NCBI GenBank assembly: GCA_038058205.1
Contig: JBBUBO010000036.1
Coordinates: 1 to 26,680, forward strand
From: Patescibacteria group bacterium
GTDB taxonomy: Bacteria > Patescibacteriota > Minisyncoccia > Phycocordibacterales > UBA9973
Length of the DNA stretch: 26,680 bases
Reading direction: 5' to 3'
A program made the position numbers and the translations under genes. Positions 14,547-23,031 of this stretch are shown here, piece after piece. Numbering within the stretch: position 1 is the first letter of the stretch; each line of letters starts with the position of its first letter. A model generated the notes under the pieces. That model was given only the letters and a program-made list of their open reading frames with translations. It made no database searches and had not been told where the DNA came from.

Positions 14547-17315
14547 ATGGAAAATTCATTTTTTAGTGAAGTACCTAAATTTAAAACTCCCGAAGAGGAG
14601 TTAAATTATTTGCGTGCCCAGGTGGCAAAACGCGAAGAAGAACTTGTTAAATTAGGACATACTGAAAATGCGAGAGAAAATGCAACGCATGATGTCATCG
14701 GAGAATATAAAACCGTACCGACAGAGCAAGTGGTACATGAGAGTAATATTTTAAGTAAAAAAGAAACGCAAGGGATTGTGCTTGCGTTGAAGCCTGAATC
14801 TCACGACGCTGTGATGGAAGAACTTTTGGGGATTGTGGTGACGAAAGGTGTACGTAATGCTATCGATGTGGCAGAAAAGATGAATAGTCCGCATATTAAT
14901 GATGATTTTCATCGTATCTTGGTGCAATATTTAAAATCAGATTCAAGCAAGCTTGATTCCAAAGAAGGCACACCTCTTTATCGGTCTGTGCATATGACTC
15001 TTTTCGAGATAACTTTACCACCTCCTGCAGAGCAGGCAGATAAATCAAAAGGCTTTAAAGAATTCATCGGCGCGATGGAGCAATTTTATGCTGGAATGAA
15101 TTCTATTTCTGAAGGTAAAAATAATGAGAAAGAAAATTATTTTACTTTAGAAGTGGCGCTCAGCAATCAAACTGATGAATTAGTAGTATATGCTGGAATA
15201 CCAAATAAACACGTTTCACTTTTTGAAAAACAAATTTTAGCTTTTTATCATAATGCGAAGATTCGTGAGGTGGCTGATGATTATAATGTTTTCAATCCTT
15301 CGGGAGATTCCGTCGGAGCTTATGCAATCCTCGCGGAGCGAGGTGTGCTTCCCATTAAAACATACGATACCATAGACCATGACCCCATGAGCACAATTTT
15401 AAATGTATTTTCTAAATTAAAAACCATGGGTGAAGGCGCAGCCATTCAGCTCGTCGTGGCGCCTGCTGGAGACAAGTTTATACAAGATTTTCATATTATT
15501 TTAGATGATGTAAAAGCTGGAATGTCGGTGAAGCATGCAGATAATAATTTGTATAAATTTAACAGGGCCTTTATGAAAGTTTCCAAGAATTTATTATTCG
15601 GTCATAAACAAAAAACTGAAGGATTAAGTAAGGAGCAAACCATGAAAGGCAGGCGTGCGGTGGATGAAGGGGCGGCAGAGAAAATAGTAAATAAAATGAA
15701 GAGTAGTATCATGAAAGCGAACATTCGTGTAATCGCTTCGGCAGAAACAAAAGAACGCGCGCGAGATATTTTGAAAGAGATAGAATCTTCCTTTAATCAA
15801 TTTTCGGAAACTGCCAGCAACTCTTTCGTTTTTGAAGAAGCGTCCGGCGCTGAATTGAGACAAATTTTTCATGATTTTTCTTTCCGTAGTTTTTCGCATG
15901 AAAATATATTACCTCTCAACTTAAAAGAATTGTCTTCAGTATTTCACTTCCCAGTCGGTATCGGCAGTCAGCCACAATTGAAAGAAGCAAAAGCCGGCAT
16001 CGCTCCGGCTCCGATTGAGATGAGGGTGGATGGCGTTATTTTAGGAGTAAATAGTTATCGTGGCAAAGATACAGAAATACATTTGGCGCGCGAAGACAGA
16101 ATGAGACATTTTTATGTTATCGGTCAGACGGGTACAGGTAAGACAAATGTGATGCTCAATATGATCACGCAGGACATCAGAAATGGCGACGGTTGTTGTT
16201 ATATTGACCCACATGGCACTGATATCCAAACCATTTTGTCTCGTATTCCACGTGAACGCATTGACTATGTTATTTATTTCGATCCGGCTTACACGGCGCG
16301 TCCAATGGGGCTCAATATGCTTGAATATGATCCTAAATATCCGGAACAAAAAACTTTTGTGGTGAATGAAATGATGGGAATTTTCAATAAACTTTTTGAT
16401 ATGAAAATAGGCGGTGGGGCAATGTTTGAGCAATATTTCCGAAATAGCGCGTTTTTAGTGATGGAGGATCCTGCTTCTGGCTCGACCTTGCTCGAGATTA
16501 CTCGGGTTCTCGCTGACAAAGAATTTCGTAATTTGAAACTTACTCGTTGTCAAAACCCAATCATCAAGCAATTTTGGCTTTCGGCTGAACAGACTACCGG
16601 CGACCAATCTCTCGCGAACTTTGTTCCGTATATTTCTTCTAAATTTGATAACTTCATCAGCAATGACATAATGCGTCCAGTCGTGCTTCAGCAAAATTCT
16701 GTTTTTAACTTTCGCAAAATTATGGATGAGAAGAAAATTCTTTTAGTAAATCTTTCCAAAGGTAGACTCGGAGATATCAATGCAAATTTAATTGGTCTTG
16801 TTTTGGTGGGCAAGATTCAAATGGCAGCGCTTTCTCGCGTAGATATGTTCGGTAAACCGATGAATGACTTTTATCTATATATTGATGAATTTCAAAATGT
16901 CACGACTGACTCTATCGCTTCTATCTTGTCCGAAGCTCGAAAATACAGACTCTCATTAAACATCGCGCATCAGTATATTACTCAGCTCGGCGAAAATATT
17001 AAAAATGCAGTTTTCGGCAACGTTGGTTCTATGGCAGTCTTTCGTGTCGGTACTGAGGATGCGACTTTTCTAGAACCAAAATTCAAACCGATATTTACGG
17101 CGCAAGATATTATCAAGCTTGATAATTATAATGCTTATGTAAATATGCTTGTGAACGGTCAACCGACCAAACCTTTCAACATCCAGACATTGGCGCCAGA
17201 AAAAGGAAACCCTGATATCGTGGACACATTGAAAGAATTATCTTATGTGAAATACGGCCGTGACCGCGCTGAAGTAGAAGCTGAAATTATGGGGAAGTAC
17301 AAGACGATGGAATAA
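14547..17315 (+). CDS. VirD4/TraD-like (HerA/FtsK superfamily) P-loop ATPase with a long N-terminal domain
   Basis: RMRHFYVIGQTGTGKT (Walker A), YIDPHG, FYLYIDEFQN (Walker B), LSEARKYRLSLNIAHQ, NAVFGNVGS..FRVGTEDA. Confidence 0.88.
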   Translation: MENSFFSEVPKFKTPEEELNYLRAQVAKREEELVKLGHTENARENATHDVIGEYKTVPTEQVVHESNILSKKETQGIVLALKPESHDAVMEELLGIVVTKGVRNAIDVAEKMNSPHINDDFHRILVQYLKSDSSKLDSKEGTPLYRSVHMTLFEITLPPPAEQADKSKGFKEFIGAMEQFYAGMNSISEGKNNEKENYFTLEVALSNQTDELVVYAGIPNKHVSLFEKQILAFYHNAKIREVADDYNVFNPSGDSVGAYAILAERGVLPIKTYDTIDHDPMSTILNVFSKLKTMGEGAAIQLVVAPAGDKFIQDFHIILDDVKAGMSVKHADNNLYKFNRAFMKVSKNLLFGHKQKTEGLSKEQTMKGRRAVDEGAAEKIVNKMKSSIMKANIRVIASAETKERARDILKEIESSFNQFSETASNSFVFEEASGAELRQIFHDFSFRSFSHENILPLNLKELSSVFHFPVGIGSQPQLKEAKAGIAPAPIEMRVDGVILGVNSYRGKDTEIHLAREDRMRHFYVIGQTGTGKTNVMLNMITQDIRNGDGCCYIDPHGTDIQTILSRIPRERIDYVIYFDPAYTARPMGLNMLEYDPKYPEQKTFVVNEMMGIFNKLFDMKIGGGAMFEQYFRNSAFLVMEDPASGSTLLEITRVLADKEFRNLKLTRCQNPIIKQFWLSAEQTTGDQSLANFVPYISSKFDNFISNDIMRPVVLQQNSVFNFRKIMDEKKILLVNLSKGRLGDINANLIGLVLVGKIQMAALSRVDMFGKPMNDFYLYIDEFQNVTTDSIASILSEARKYRLSLNIAHQYITQLGENIKNAVFGNVGSMAVFRVGTEDATFLEPKFKPIFTAQDIIKLDNYNAYVNMLVNGQPTKPFNIQTLAPEKGNPDIVDTLKELSYVKYGRDRAEVEAEIMGKYKTME

Positions 17316-17317
17316 AA

Positions 17318-17395
17318 AACCTCACCCTGACCCTCTCCTGGAAGGCGAGGGTGAATCAGCCCCTTCTCCTTTCAGGAGAAGGCTGGGATGAGGTT
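17318..17395. repeat. CCCTCTCC/AGGAGGG-family doublet (locus D), downstream flank of the DUF559 gene
   Basis: AACCTCACCCTGACCCTCTCCTGGAAGGCGAGGGTGAATCAGCCCCTTCTCCTTTCAGGAGAAGGCTGGGATGAGGTT. Confidence 0.9.
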
Positions 17396-17744
17396 GTAAT
17401 TCTAGTTTTTCTAAAATTATTTTAAGTACAGAATCAATATTTGTATTAATTTCATTGTTCCAAAATCTTATGGTCTGAATTCCAAGATTCAAAAAATATT
17501 TCTCTCTGTCTTTATCATATTCTTTATTATCTAAATGCTGAGATCCATCTATCTCTATTATCAAAAGCTTTTTTGAACAATAAAAATCAGCAATGTATGG
17601 GCCAATGCTGACTTGTCTTTTCCACTTTTGGTTTGTTTGGTTGTTGCGAAGTCTGGACCAAAGAATTATTTCTTGCGGGGTTTGATTTTTTCTTAGTTCT
17701 TTCCTTATGTTTTTTCTTAGGAAATTGTTTACTATTCTAGGCAT
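17322..17744 (-). CDS. DUF559 / Vsr-like PD-(D/E)xK endonuclease
   Basis: RKELRKNQTPQEIILWSRLRN..KWKRQVSIGPYIADFYC..LIIEIDGSQH..DKDREKYF..IRFWNNEI; ATG 17744 has TATAAT 6 nt upstream; the C-terminal tail reads through repeat D. Confidence 0.93.
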   Translation of the reverse strand: MPRIVNNFLRKNIRKELRKNQTPQEIILWSRLRNNQTNQKWKRQVSIGPYIADFYCSKKLLIIEIDGSQHLDNKEYDKDREKYFLNLGIQTIRFWNNEINTNIDSVLKIILEKLELQPHPSLLLKGEGADSPSPSRRGSG

Positions 17745-17766
17745 AAAGTAATTATACACCTCACCC

Positions 17767-17848
17767 AACCTCACCCTGACCCTCTCCTGGAAAGGAGAGG
17801 GGGAATTCAGCCCCTTCCCCTTTTCAGGGGAAGGCGAGGGATGAGGTT
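17767..17848. repeat. CCCTCTCC/AGGAGGG-family doublet (locus E), upstream flank of the DUF559 gene
   Basis: AACCTCACCCTGACCCTCTCCTGGAAAGGAGAGGGGGAATTCAGCCCCTTCCCCTTTTCAGGGGAAGGCGAGGGATGAGGTT; direct repeat of locus D. Confidence 0.9.
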
Positions 17849-17866
17849 TTATGTTAAGATATTTTT

Positions 17867-18442
17867 ATGGAAGAATTTGAGATGAAATTTTTAGAAGTTG
17901 ATGTGCCGGAGCTGGAAAAGAAACTCTTAGACATCGGCGCCACGAAAGTGGGCGAGTTTGATTATAGTCGAATGATTTTTCATTATCCTGATAGTAATAT
18001 GCACAAAAGAGGTGGATGGATTCGTCTTCGGACTGATGGAAAAGAGTCAACACTTACTTATAAAGAGAGTATTAAAGAAAAACTAGATGATGGAAGTATG
18101 AAGAATATTGGAATGAAAGAAATAGAAGTAAAAGTTGATGATTATGAAAAAACTTACGAATTAATTAAAGCAATCGGACTTGTAAAACAAGTAGAAGAAA
18201 AAAATAAAAGAATACGTTATATCAAAGGAGATGTAGTTTTCGATATAGATTTTTGGCCTTTTATTCCGACCTATCTTGAAATTGAGTCTAGTTCTCATGA
18301 GAAAGCAAAAGAATTTGCAAAAAAACTTGGTTTTGAACCCCAAGAGGGTATTATAGGTTCCGCCGGAAGTATTTATAAAAAATATGGTATTAACATAGAT
18401 GATTATTCTTCTATAACTTTTGAAGGAATGGTTAAAAATTAA
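17867..18442 (+). CDS. CYTH (class IV adenylate cyclase-like / triphosphate tunnel) protein
   Basis: N-terminal ExExK (EFEMKF); WIRLR..TLTYK..EIEVKV..KRIRY..DIDFWP..YLEIE. Confidence 0.9.
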   Translation: MEEFEMKFLEVDVPELEKKLLDIGATKVGEFDYSRMIFHYPDSNMHKRGGWIRLRTDGKESTLTYKESIKEKLDDGSMKNIGMKEIEVKVDDYEKTYELIKAIGLVKQVEEKNKRIRYIKGDVVFDIDFWPFIPTYLEIESSSHEKAKEFAKKLGFEPQEGIIGSAGSIYKKYGINIDDYSSITFEGMVKN

Positions 18443-18481
18443 ATTTTACAAAAAAGATATTTTCTGCTAATATAATTAAAT

Positions 18482-18952
18482 ATGACAAATCATGAAAAAA
18501 CTTTAATTATTGTAAAGCCAGATGCCATACAACGTAATTTGGTGGGGGAGAGTATTAGCCGTTTTGAAAAGAAAGGTCTTAAAATTGTGGGCGTAAAGAT
18601 GGTGAGTATAGAAGATGCTTTGCTCGATGAACACTATGCAAATATTAAAGATAAACCCTTTTATCCGGGAGTGAAGAATTTTATGAAATTGTGCCCTGTG
18701 ATTGTTATGGCTTTAGAGGGAATTAATGCTGTTTTTGCTGTGCGTCTTATTGTCGGTCCGACGAGAGCTTGGGAAGCAAATGCTGGTACAATTCGTGGAG
18801 ATTTTTCTTTATCTACTCAATCCAACATTGTTCATGCTTCGGAATCAGTAGAAGCAGGGGAAATTGAGGTTGGAAGATTCTTTTCTAAAGATGAAATTTT
18901 TGAATATCAAAAAATTGATGCAGATTTTGTTTACGCAGAACACAAAAAATAA
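18482..18952 (+). CDS. ndk: Nucleoside diphosphate kinase
   Basis: EKTLIIVKPDAIQRNLVGE..RFEKKGLK..GTIRGDF..NIVHAS. Confidence 0.98.
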   Translation: MTNHEKTLIIVKPDAIQRNLVGESISRFEKKGLKIVGVKMVSIEDALLDEHYANIKDKPFYPGVKNFMKLCPVIVMALEGINAVFAVRLIVGPTRAWEANAGTIRGDFSLSTQSNIVHASESVEAGEIEVGRFFSKDEIFEYQKIDADFVYAEHKK

Positions 18953-19084
18953 TACTTAATAATTTTGGGGAATTGCATACATATATAATATTACTTTGAT
19001 GAGATGAAGTGCTCGGTATGTTCGAGAAGTTGGATACAAAGAAAAGAGTCTAAATATGGAGAAAAGTTGTGGTATGATATTGAT

Positions 19085-19240
19085 ATGGCTACCAAAAAAG
19101 AAAAAACTAAAAATGAAACTAAGGAACTTCTAAAAGAGGCGTCCGCTACTAGTGGGTACTTTAAAAGAGAGGGTTTTAGAGAATTGGGTGAAATAGTAGA
19201 TTATGCTGCCAAAAGATTACGAGTTAAACCTTCTCGATGA
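19085..19240 (+). CDS. Hypothetical 51-aa protein
   Basis: ATG 19085 lies 6 nt after TG-G-TATGAT; charged helical sequence. Confidence 0.5.
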   Translation: MATKKEKTKNETKELLKEASATSGYFKREGFRELGEIVDYAAKRLRVKPSR

Positions 19241-19263
19241 TTTAGGAAAATATCATACGTAGA

Positions 19264-19743
19264 TTGAATGCTGTTAAGTGTTTAACTGCACATATTAAGG
19301 GGGCAAAACTTAGCACTAGGGATAAATCTTCATACTATCGTTCAGCTATAATAATTATTTGTTCAATAGTTGAAGGTTTAGCATATGAGATAGTCAGGAA
19401 GAACACCACACCACCCGATCATATTTTTGAAGATACACAAAAATATAGTGAAATATGTAATATTAAGTCTTCCGTACTTGGAACTGCTTCAGATGTTCAT
19501 TTATATAGAAGACAAAAAGTTGGTTTAAAAATAGACGATGATGGAGCAACTTTTGCACGTTATAATCTTTTTTTAAAGCATCATCAGATTATTAGTTCAG
19601 GGCAGTATAAAACTTTAGATTGGATGCGTCGGGAAAGAAATAAACTTCATATCCAAGGGCTAAGGAAGGCTGACGTCGATTATACAAAGATAAAACTAAA
19701 AAGAGCGGCAAAGGCTATTTCATTTTTGGTGAATAAAATTTAA
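19264..19743 (+). CDS. Hypothetical protein, HEPN-like (start uncertain)
   Basis: YRSAIIIICSIVEGLAY helix and C-terminal RRERNKLH resemble HEPN motifs; TTG start. Confidence 0.5.
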   Translation: MNAVKCLTAHIKGAKLSTRDKSSYYRSAIIIICSIVEGLAYEIVRKNTTPPDHIFEDTQKYSEICNIKSSVLGTASDVHLYRRQKVGLKIDDDGATFARYNLFLKHHQIISSGQYKTLDWMRRERNKLHIQGLRKADVDYTKIKLKRAAKAISFLVNKI

Positions 19744-19821
19744 TTAGGGTAATAACATATATAATTTCAGTTTTTTGCAAACTTGTTTTTATTTCTAATT
19801 CGTGTTTTTTTGTAAAAATTC

Positions 19822-19849
19822 TTGCGAGAATTTTTTAAAAGTATATAAT
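19822..19849 (+). promoter_or_regulatory. Putative promoter of the structured RNA
   Basis: TTGCGA-16 nt-TATAAT, 5 nt before the closing stem. Confidence 0.55.
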
Positions 19850-19854
19850 TTTAG

Positions 19855-19980
19855 TAGGGTTATTTCCGATTATTACCTAGAACACTAATTTTAGGGAATC
19901 TCGATCAGGTTTAGCTTTGGCTTTACTTGTCTGGTACCCACCTAGCTATGAGCTATGGTAATACATCAGAAATAGTCCTA
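19855..19980 (+). ncRNA. Structured ncRNA candidate, possibly a compact 6S RNA
   Basis: 19855-19877 pairs with 19957-19980 (22 bp, 2 GU, 1 mismatch, 1 bulge); central bubble; apical stem; no ORF; upstream promoter and downstream hairpin. Confidence 0.5.
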
Positions 19981-20023
19981 AGAAGAACTCCGCGCTGTAT
20001 TCATCTTGGGCGGATTTTTTCTT
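19981..20023 (+). terminator. Possible terminator hairpin
   Basis: AGAAGAACTCCGC...GCGGATTTTTTCT pairing with a U-rich 3' arm. Confidence 0.4.
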
Positions 20024-20045
20024 GTAAATAGGGTAAAATAGACAG

Positions 20046-20447
20046 ATGAACAGAAAAAAGCTTTTGATTCGGGTATTTTTACTGATATTTTCTATTCTTA
20101 TAGTGAATTATTTGGCCGAAAAGTTTTATTGGTATTCGGCTGTTTGGTATTTTGATATGATTATGCATTTTTCGGGCGGACTTTGGGTGGGACTAACCGC
20201 TATCTGGCTTCTCTTTGGTCAAAAATCTTATTTAGATTTGTCTTTTATTTTAAAAATTCTCTCAAGCGTTCTTTTGATTGGAATTTGCTGGGAACTTTTT
20301 GAAATTATCTTTTATAATTATATTGCGCAAAATCCTTTCAATATTTTGGATACTGTTTCTGATCTTTTCTTTGATTTAGTCGGTGGTCTTTTCGCTATTT
20401 TGTATTTTGGAAAGAGAATTATGCTTAAAACAGGAGATAAGATATAA
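20046..20447 (+). CDS. Small 4-TM membrane protein (VanZ/DUF2238-like)
   Basis: FDMIMHFSGG, WELFE and DTVSDLFFDLVGG within four hydrophobic segments. Confidence 0.7.
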   Translation: MNRKKLLIRVFLLIFSILIVNYLAEKFYWYSAVWYFDMIMHFSGGLWVGLTAIWLLFGQKSYLDLSFILKILSSVLLIGICWELFEIIFYNYIAQNPFNILDTVSDLFFDLVGGLFAILYFGKRIMLKTGDKI

Positions 20448-20449
20448 TC

Positions 20450-20489
20450 AAAGAACGGTTCTTGGGTAAAATCTTAAGAACCGTTCTTT
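20450..20489. repeat. Palindromic element AAGAACGGTTCTT...AAGAACCGTTCTT, copy 2
   Basis: 14-bp perfect inverted repeat ending at the ATG of the MBL gene; matches 707-745. Confidence 0.9.
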
Positions 20490-21854
20490 ATGGAAAAAAA
20501 GGTTAAAATAACATTTTGTGGAGGGACAGGTTCGGTCACGGGAGCGAATTTTTTAGTTGAAATAGAAGACAAAAAATTTCTAGTGGATTGCGGACTCACG
20601 CAAGGTATTAAATTGGCTGATGACATAAACTGGGATCCTTTTCCATATAATTCAAAAGAAATAGACATTCTTTTTATTACTCACGCGCACGTAGACCACT
20701 TGGGACGTGTGCCGAAACTTATCCATGAAGGATTTCATGGAAAAATTTATTCTACAAATCCAACCAAAGGGTTGGCCTTGCCGATGCTCGAGGATACGGC
20801 TGGCATCTTGGCACAAAATAAAGAGCTGGATTTGGATAAAATTTATACCGAAGAAAATATTAAAACAGCTCTTTCTTTCTGGGAAGGTTTTGAATATCAC
20901 CAGAAAATAAATCTTGCTCCTAATTTAGAGGTATCATTTTTGAATGCTGGACATATTTTGGGTTCGGCAATGGTACGATTTATTTATAACGGCAAAGTTA
21001 TTTTATTCACCGGAGACTTGGGGAATAGTCCTTCACCGATTCTTCCTGATACGGAGAAAGTAAGCGATGTTGATTATCTGATAATGGAATCTGTTTATGG
21101 TGACAGAAATCATGAGTCCAGAGACGAACGCAGAAAATATCTAGAAGAGGCAATTGAAGATAATTATAAGAGAAAAGGGACACTTATCATCCCTACTTTT
21201 TCCCTTGAGCGCTCACAAGAGCTTTTGTTTGAACTTAATGCTTTGGTGGAAAATAATCGCATACCCGTGATGCCTGTTTTTTTTGATTCGCCTTTAGCAA
21301 TTCGTCTGACGGATGTTTTTAAGCAATACAAGAATTATTTTAATGAGAATGCGCAAAAGGCAATGACACATGATAAATATCTTTTTGATTTTCCGGGTTT
21401 GCATAGTACTTTAAAATCAGAAGAATCAAAATTGATCGGTGAAGTACCAAACCCTAAAATAGTTATTGCGGGGTCGGGAATGTCGACGGGTGGACGTATT
21501 GTGCATCATGAGAGGCATTATCTGCCGGACGCCAACAACACTTTGCTTTTGACTGGATATCAGGCTGTTGGCACACCGGGGCGATTAATCCAAGAAGGTT
21601 TAAAGACGGTTAAAATTACCGGCGAAGATGTAGTGGTGCGGGCGCACATCGTCACTATTTTGGGATATTCTGGGCATAAGGATTCTGACGGACTTTTGAA
21701 TTTTGTTGAAGATACGCAAGATACAATTAAAAAAGTTTTTGTCGTGATGGGTGAACCAAAATCCGCGATGTTTTTAGTGCAAAAATTGCGAGACAATTTA
21801 GGGATTGACGCATCTGCGCCAGAGCAGGGAAGCAGTGTGACACTTGAGTGCTAG
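20490..21854 (+). CDS. MBL-fold beta-CASP ribonuclease (YSH1/COG1236-like)
   Basis: VDCG, THAHVDHLG, AGHILGSA, FTGDLG, MESVYGDR, AGSGMSTGGRIVHH, YSGHKD. Confidence 0.95.
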   Translation: MEKKVKITFCGGTGSVTGANFLVEIEDKKFLVDCGLTQGIKLADDINWDPFPYNSKEIDILFITHAHVDHLGRVPKLIHEGFHGKIYSTNPTKGLALPMLEDTAGILAQNKELDLDKIYTEENIKTALSFWEGFEYHQKINLAPNLEVSFLNAGHILGSAMVRFIYNGKVILFTGDLGNSPSPILPDTEKVSDVDYLIMESVYGDRNHESRDERRKYLEEAIEDNYKRKGTLIIPTFSLERSQELLFELNALVENNRIPVMPVFFDSPLAIRLTDVFKQYKNYFNENAQKAMTHDKYLFDFPGLHSTLKSEESKLIGEVPNPKIVIAGSGMSTGGRIVHHERHYLPDANNTLLLTGYQAVGTPGRLIQEGLKTVKITGEDVVVRAHIVTILGYSGHKDSDGLLNFVEDTQDTIKKVFVVMGEPKSAMFLVQKLRDNLGIDASAPEQGSSVTLEC

Positions 21855-21860
21855 ATTTCC

Positions 21861-21943
21861 TCCCCTCCTTAACAAGGAGGGGAATGAGGGGAGGTTCTTA
21901 ATTAATTCACCTCACCCCAACCCTCTCCTTATTAAGGAGAGGG
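21861..21943. repeat. CCCTCTCC/AGGAGGG-family pair in tail-to-tail orientation (locus F)
   Basis: TCCCCTCCTT-AAC-AAGGAGGGGA-ATGAGGGGAGGTT and CACCTCACCCCAA-CCCTCTCCTT-ATT-AAGGAGAGGG. Confidence 0.85.
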
Positions 21944-21967
21944 GGGAAGTTGTGATATAATTCCATC

Positions 21968-22591
21968 ATGGATTCAATTGTAAATAAAAATAAACACGGG
22001 CACAATCAGATAAAAATCTGTGTATCGGGCGCAGCGGAGACGGGGCATTGTGGTGTAAATGCTTTAGATAAAGCAAAAGAGCTTGGACGTGAAATAGCTC
22101 GGCAGGGCGCCGTGCTTATCACAGGCGCCACGACTGGTTTTCCTCTTTGGGCGGCGATGGGAGTGAAGGAAATGGGGGGAATTTCTATTGGTGTTTCTCC
22201 TGCATCTTCTGAGCGAGAGCACGTGGAAGCTTACAAGCTTCCGCTTGATTATATGGATTTGATTATCTACACCGGTTTTGGTTATTCTGGACGAGACATT
22301 CTTCTTACTCGAGCTGCAGACGCAGTCATCTGTGGTTGTGGACGCATCGGTACTATTCATGAATTCACTATTGCCTTTGAAGATGGCAAGCCTATTGGTA
22401 TTTTTGAAGGACCTTGGGAGATGGGTGGACAATTGAAAGAAATTATTGAGAAAAGTCATCGACCAAATACAAAAATAGTTATGGGTGAAGATCCTAAAAA
22501 ACTTTTAGAAGACTTGATTGAGATAGTTAAAAAAGAAAAAATTCCTGAATATAAAATAACCGGTTCGCTTGGGGCGGGGAGTATTCAGTAA
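21968..22591 (+). CDS. LOG/SLOG-family nucleotide-binding protein (TIGR00725-like)
   Basis: ICVSGAA..AKELGREIA..ITGATTG..SIGVSP..TGFGYSGRDILL..GRIGTIHEF. Confidence 0.85.
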   Translation: MDSIVNKNKHGHNQIKICVSGAAETGHCGVNALDKAKELGREIARQGAVLITGATTGFPLWAAMGVKEMGGISIGVSPASSEREHVEAYKLPLDYMDLIIYTGFGYSGRDILLTRAADAVICGCGRIGTIHEFTIAFEDGKPIGIFEGPWEMGGQLKEIIEKSHRPNTKIVMGEDPKKLLEDLIEIVKKEKIPEYKITGSLGAGSIQ

Positions 22592-22619
22592 AAAAACTTA
22601 AAAACATCTTCCTGACTTT

Positions 22620-22964
22620 TTACTTTACTGCTTCGAAAACCTTTGCAAATGTTTTAGGGTTGTTTTCTGCTAGGTCAGCGAGAATCTTGCGGTCAATTAC
22701 TATATCTTTCTTTTTAAGAGCATCGATGAATTTGGAGTAGGACATACCGAGTTCACGACTGCCAGCGTTTATTTTGATATTCCAAAGTTTGCGATTATGA
22801 GACTTTTTATCTTTGCGGTGGGCGAAAGCGTAATTGCCAGCATGAAGAATAGCTTCTTTTGCTTGGCGTTCTTTTGTACTTCGGCCGTGTCGGAAACCTT
22901 TTGTTTGTTTTAATACACTTCTTCGTCTCTTTAATGCATGTACTCCTTTTTTAACTCTTGTCAT
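22620..22964 (-). CDS. rplT: 50S ribosomal protein L20 (bL20)
   Basis: MTRVKKG..KGFR..YAFAHRK..RKLWNIKINA..YSKFIDALKK..DRKILADLA. Confidence 0.99.
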   Translation of the reverse strand: MTRVKKGVHALKRRRSVLKQTKGFRHGRSTKERQAKEAILHAGNYAFAHRKDKKSHNRKLWNIKINAGSRELGMSYSKFIDALKKKDIVIDRKILADLAENNPKTFAKVFEAVK

Positions 22965-22971
22965 ATAATTT

Positions 22972-23030
22972 AATTACGAATTGTCAATTATGAATTACGA
23001 ATTTAAATTCCTAATTCGTAATTGTTAATT
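22972..23030. repeat. Heptamer-periodic AATTACG/ATTCGTA array
   Basis: aattacg aattgtc aattatg aattacg aatttaa attccta attcgta attgtta. Confidence 0.7.
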
Positions 23031-23031
23031 T

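Noticed and set aside
14547-17315. Conjugative element or ICE
   Set aside because: No relaxase, VirB4, integrase or att sites; the flanking genes are housekeeping.
17318-17848. DUF559 flanks as a CRISPR repeat-spacer-repeat or a classical IS
   Set aside because: The repeats are ~80-bp doublets around a full gene. There is no DDE/HUH transposase motif, terminal IR pair or target duplication.
19004-19084. Longer N-terminus for the small ORF (start 19004)
   Set aside because: The extension spans an extended -10 box placed 6 nt before ATG 19085, matching the local leaderless pattern.
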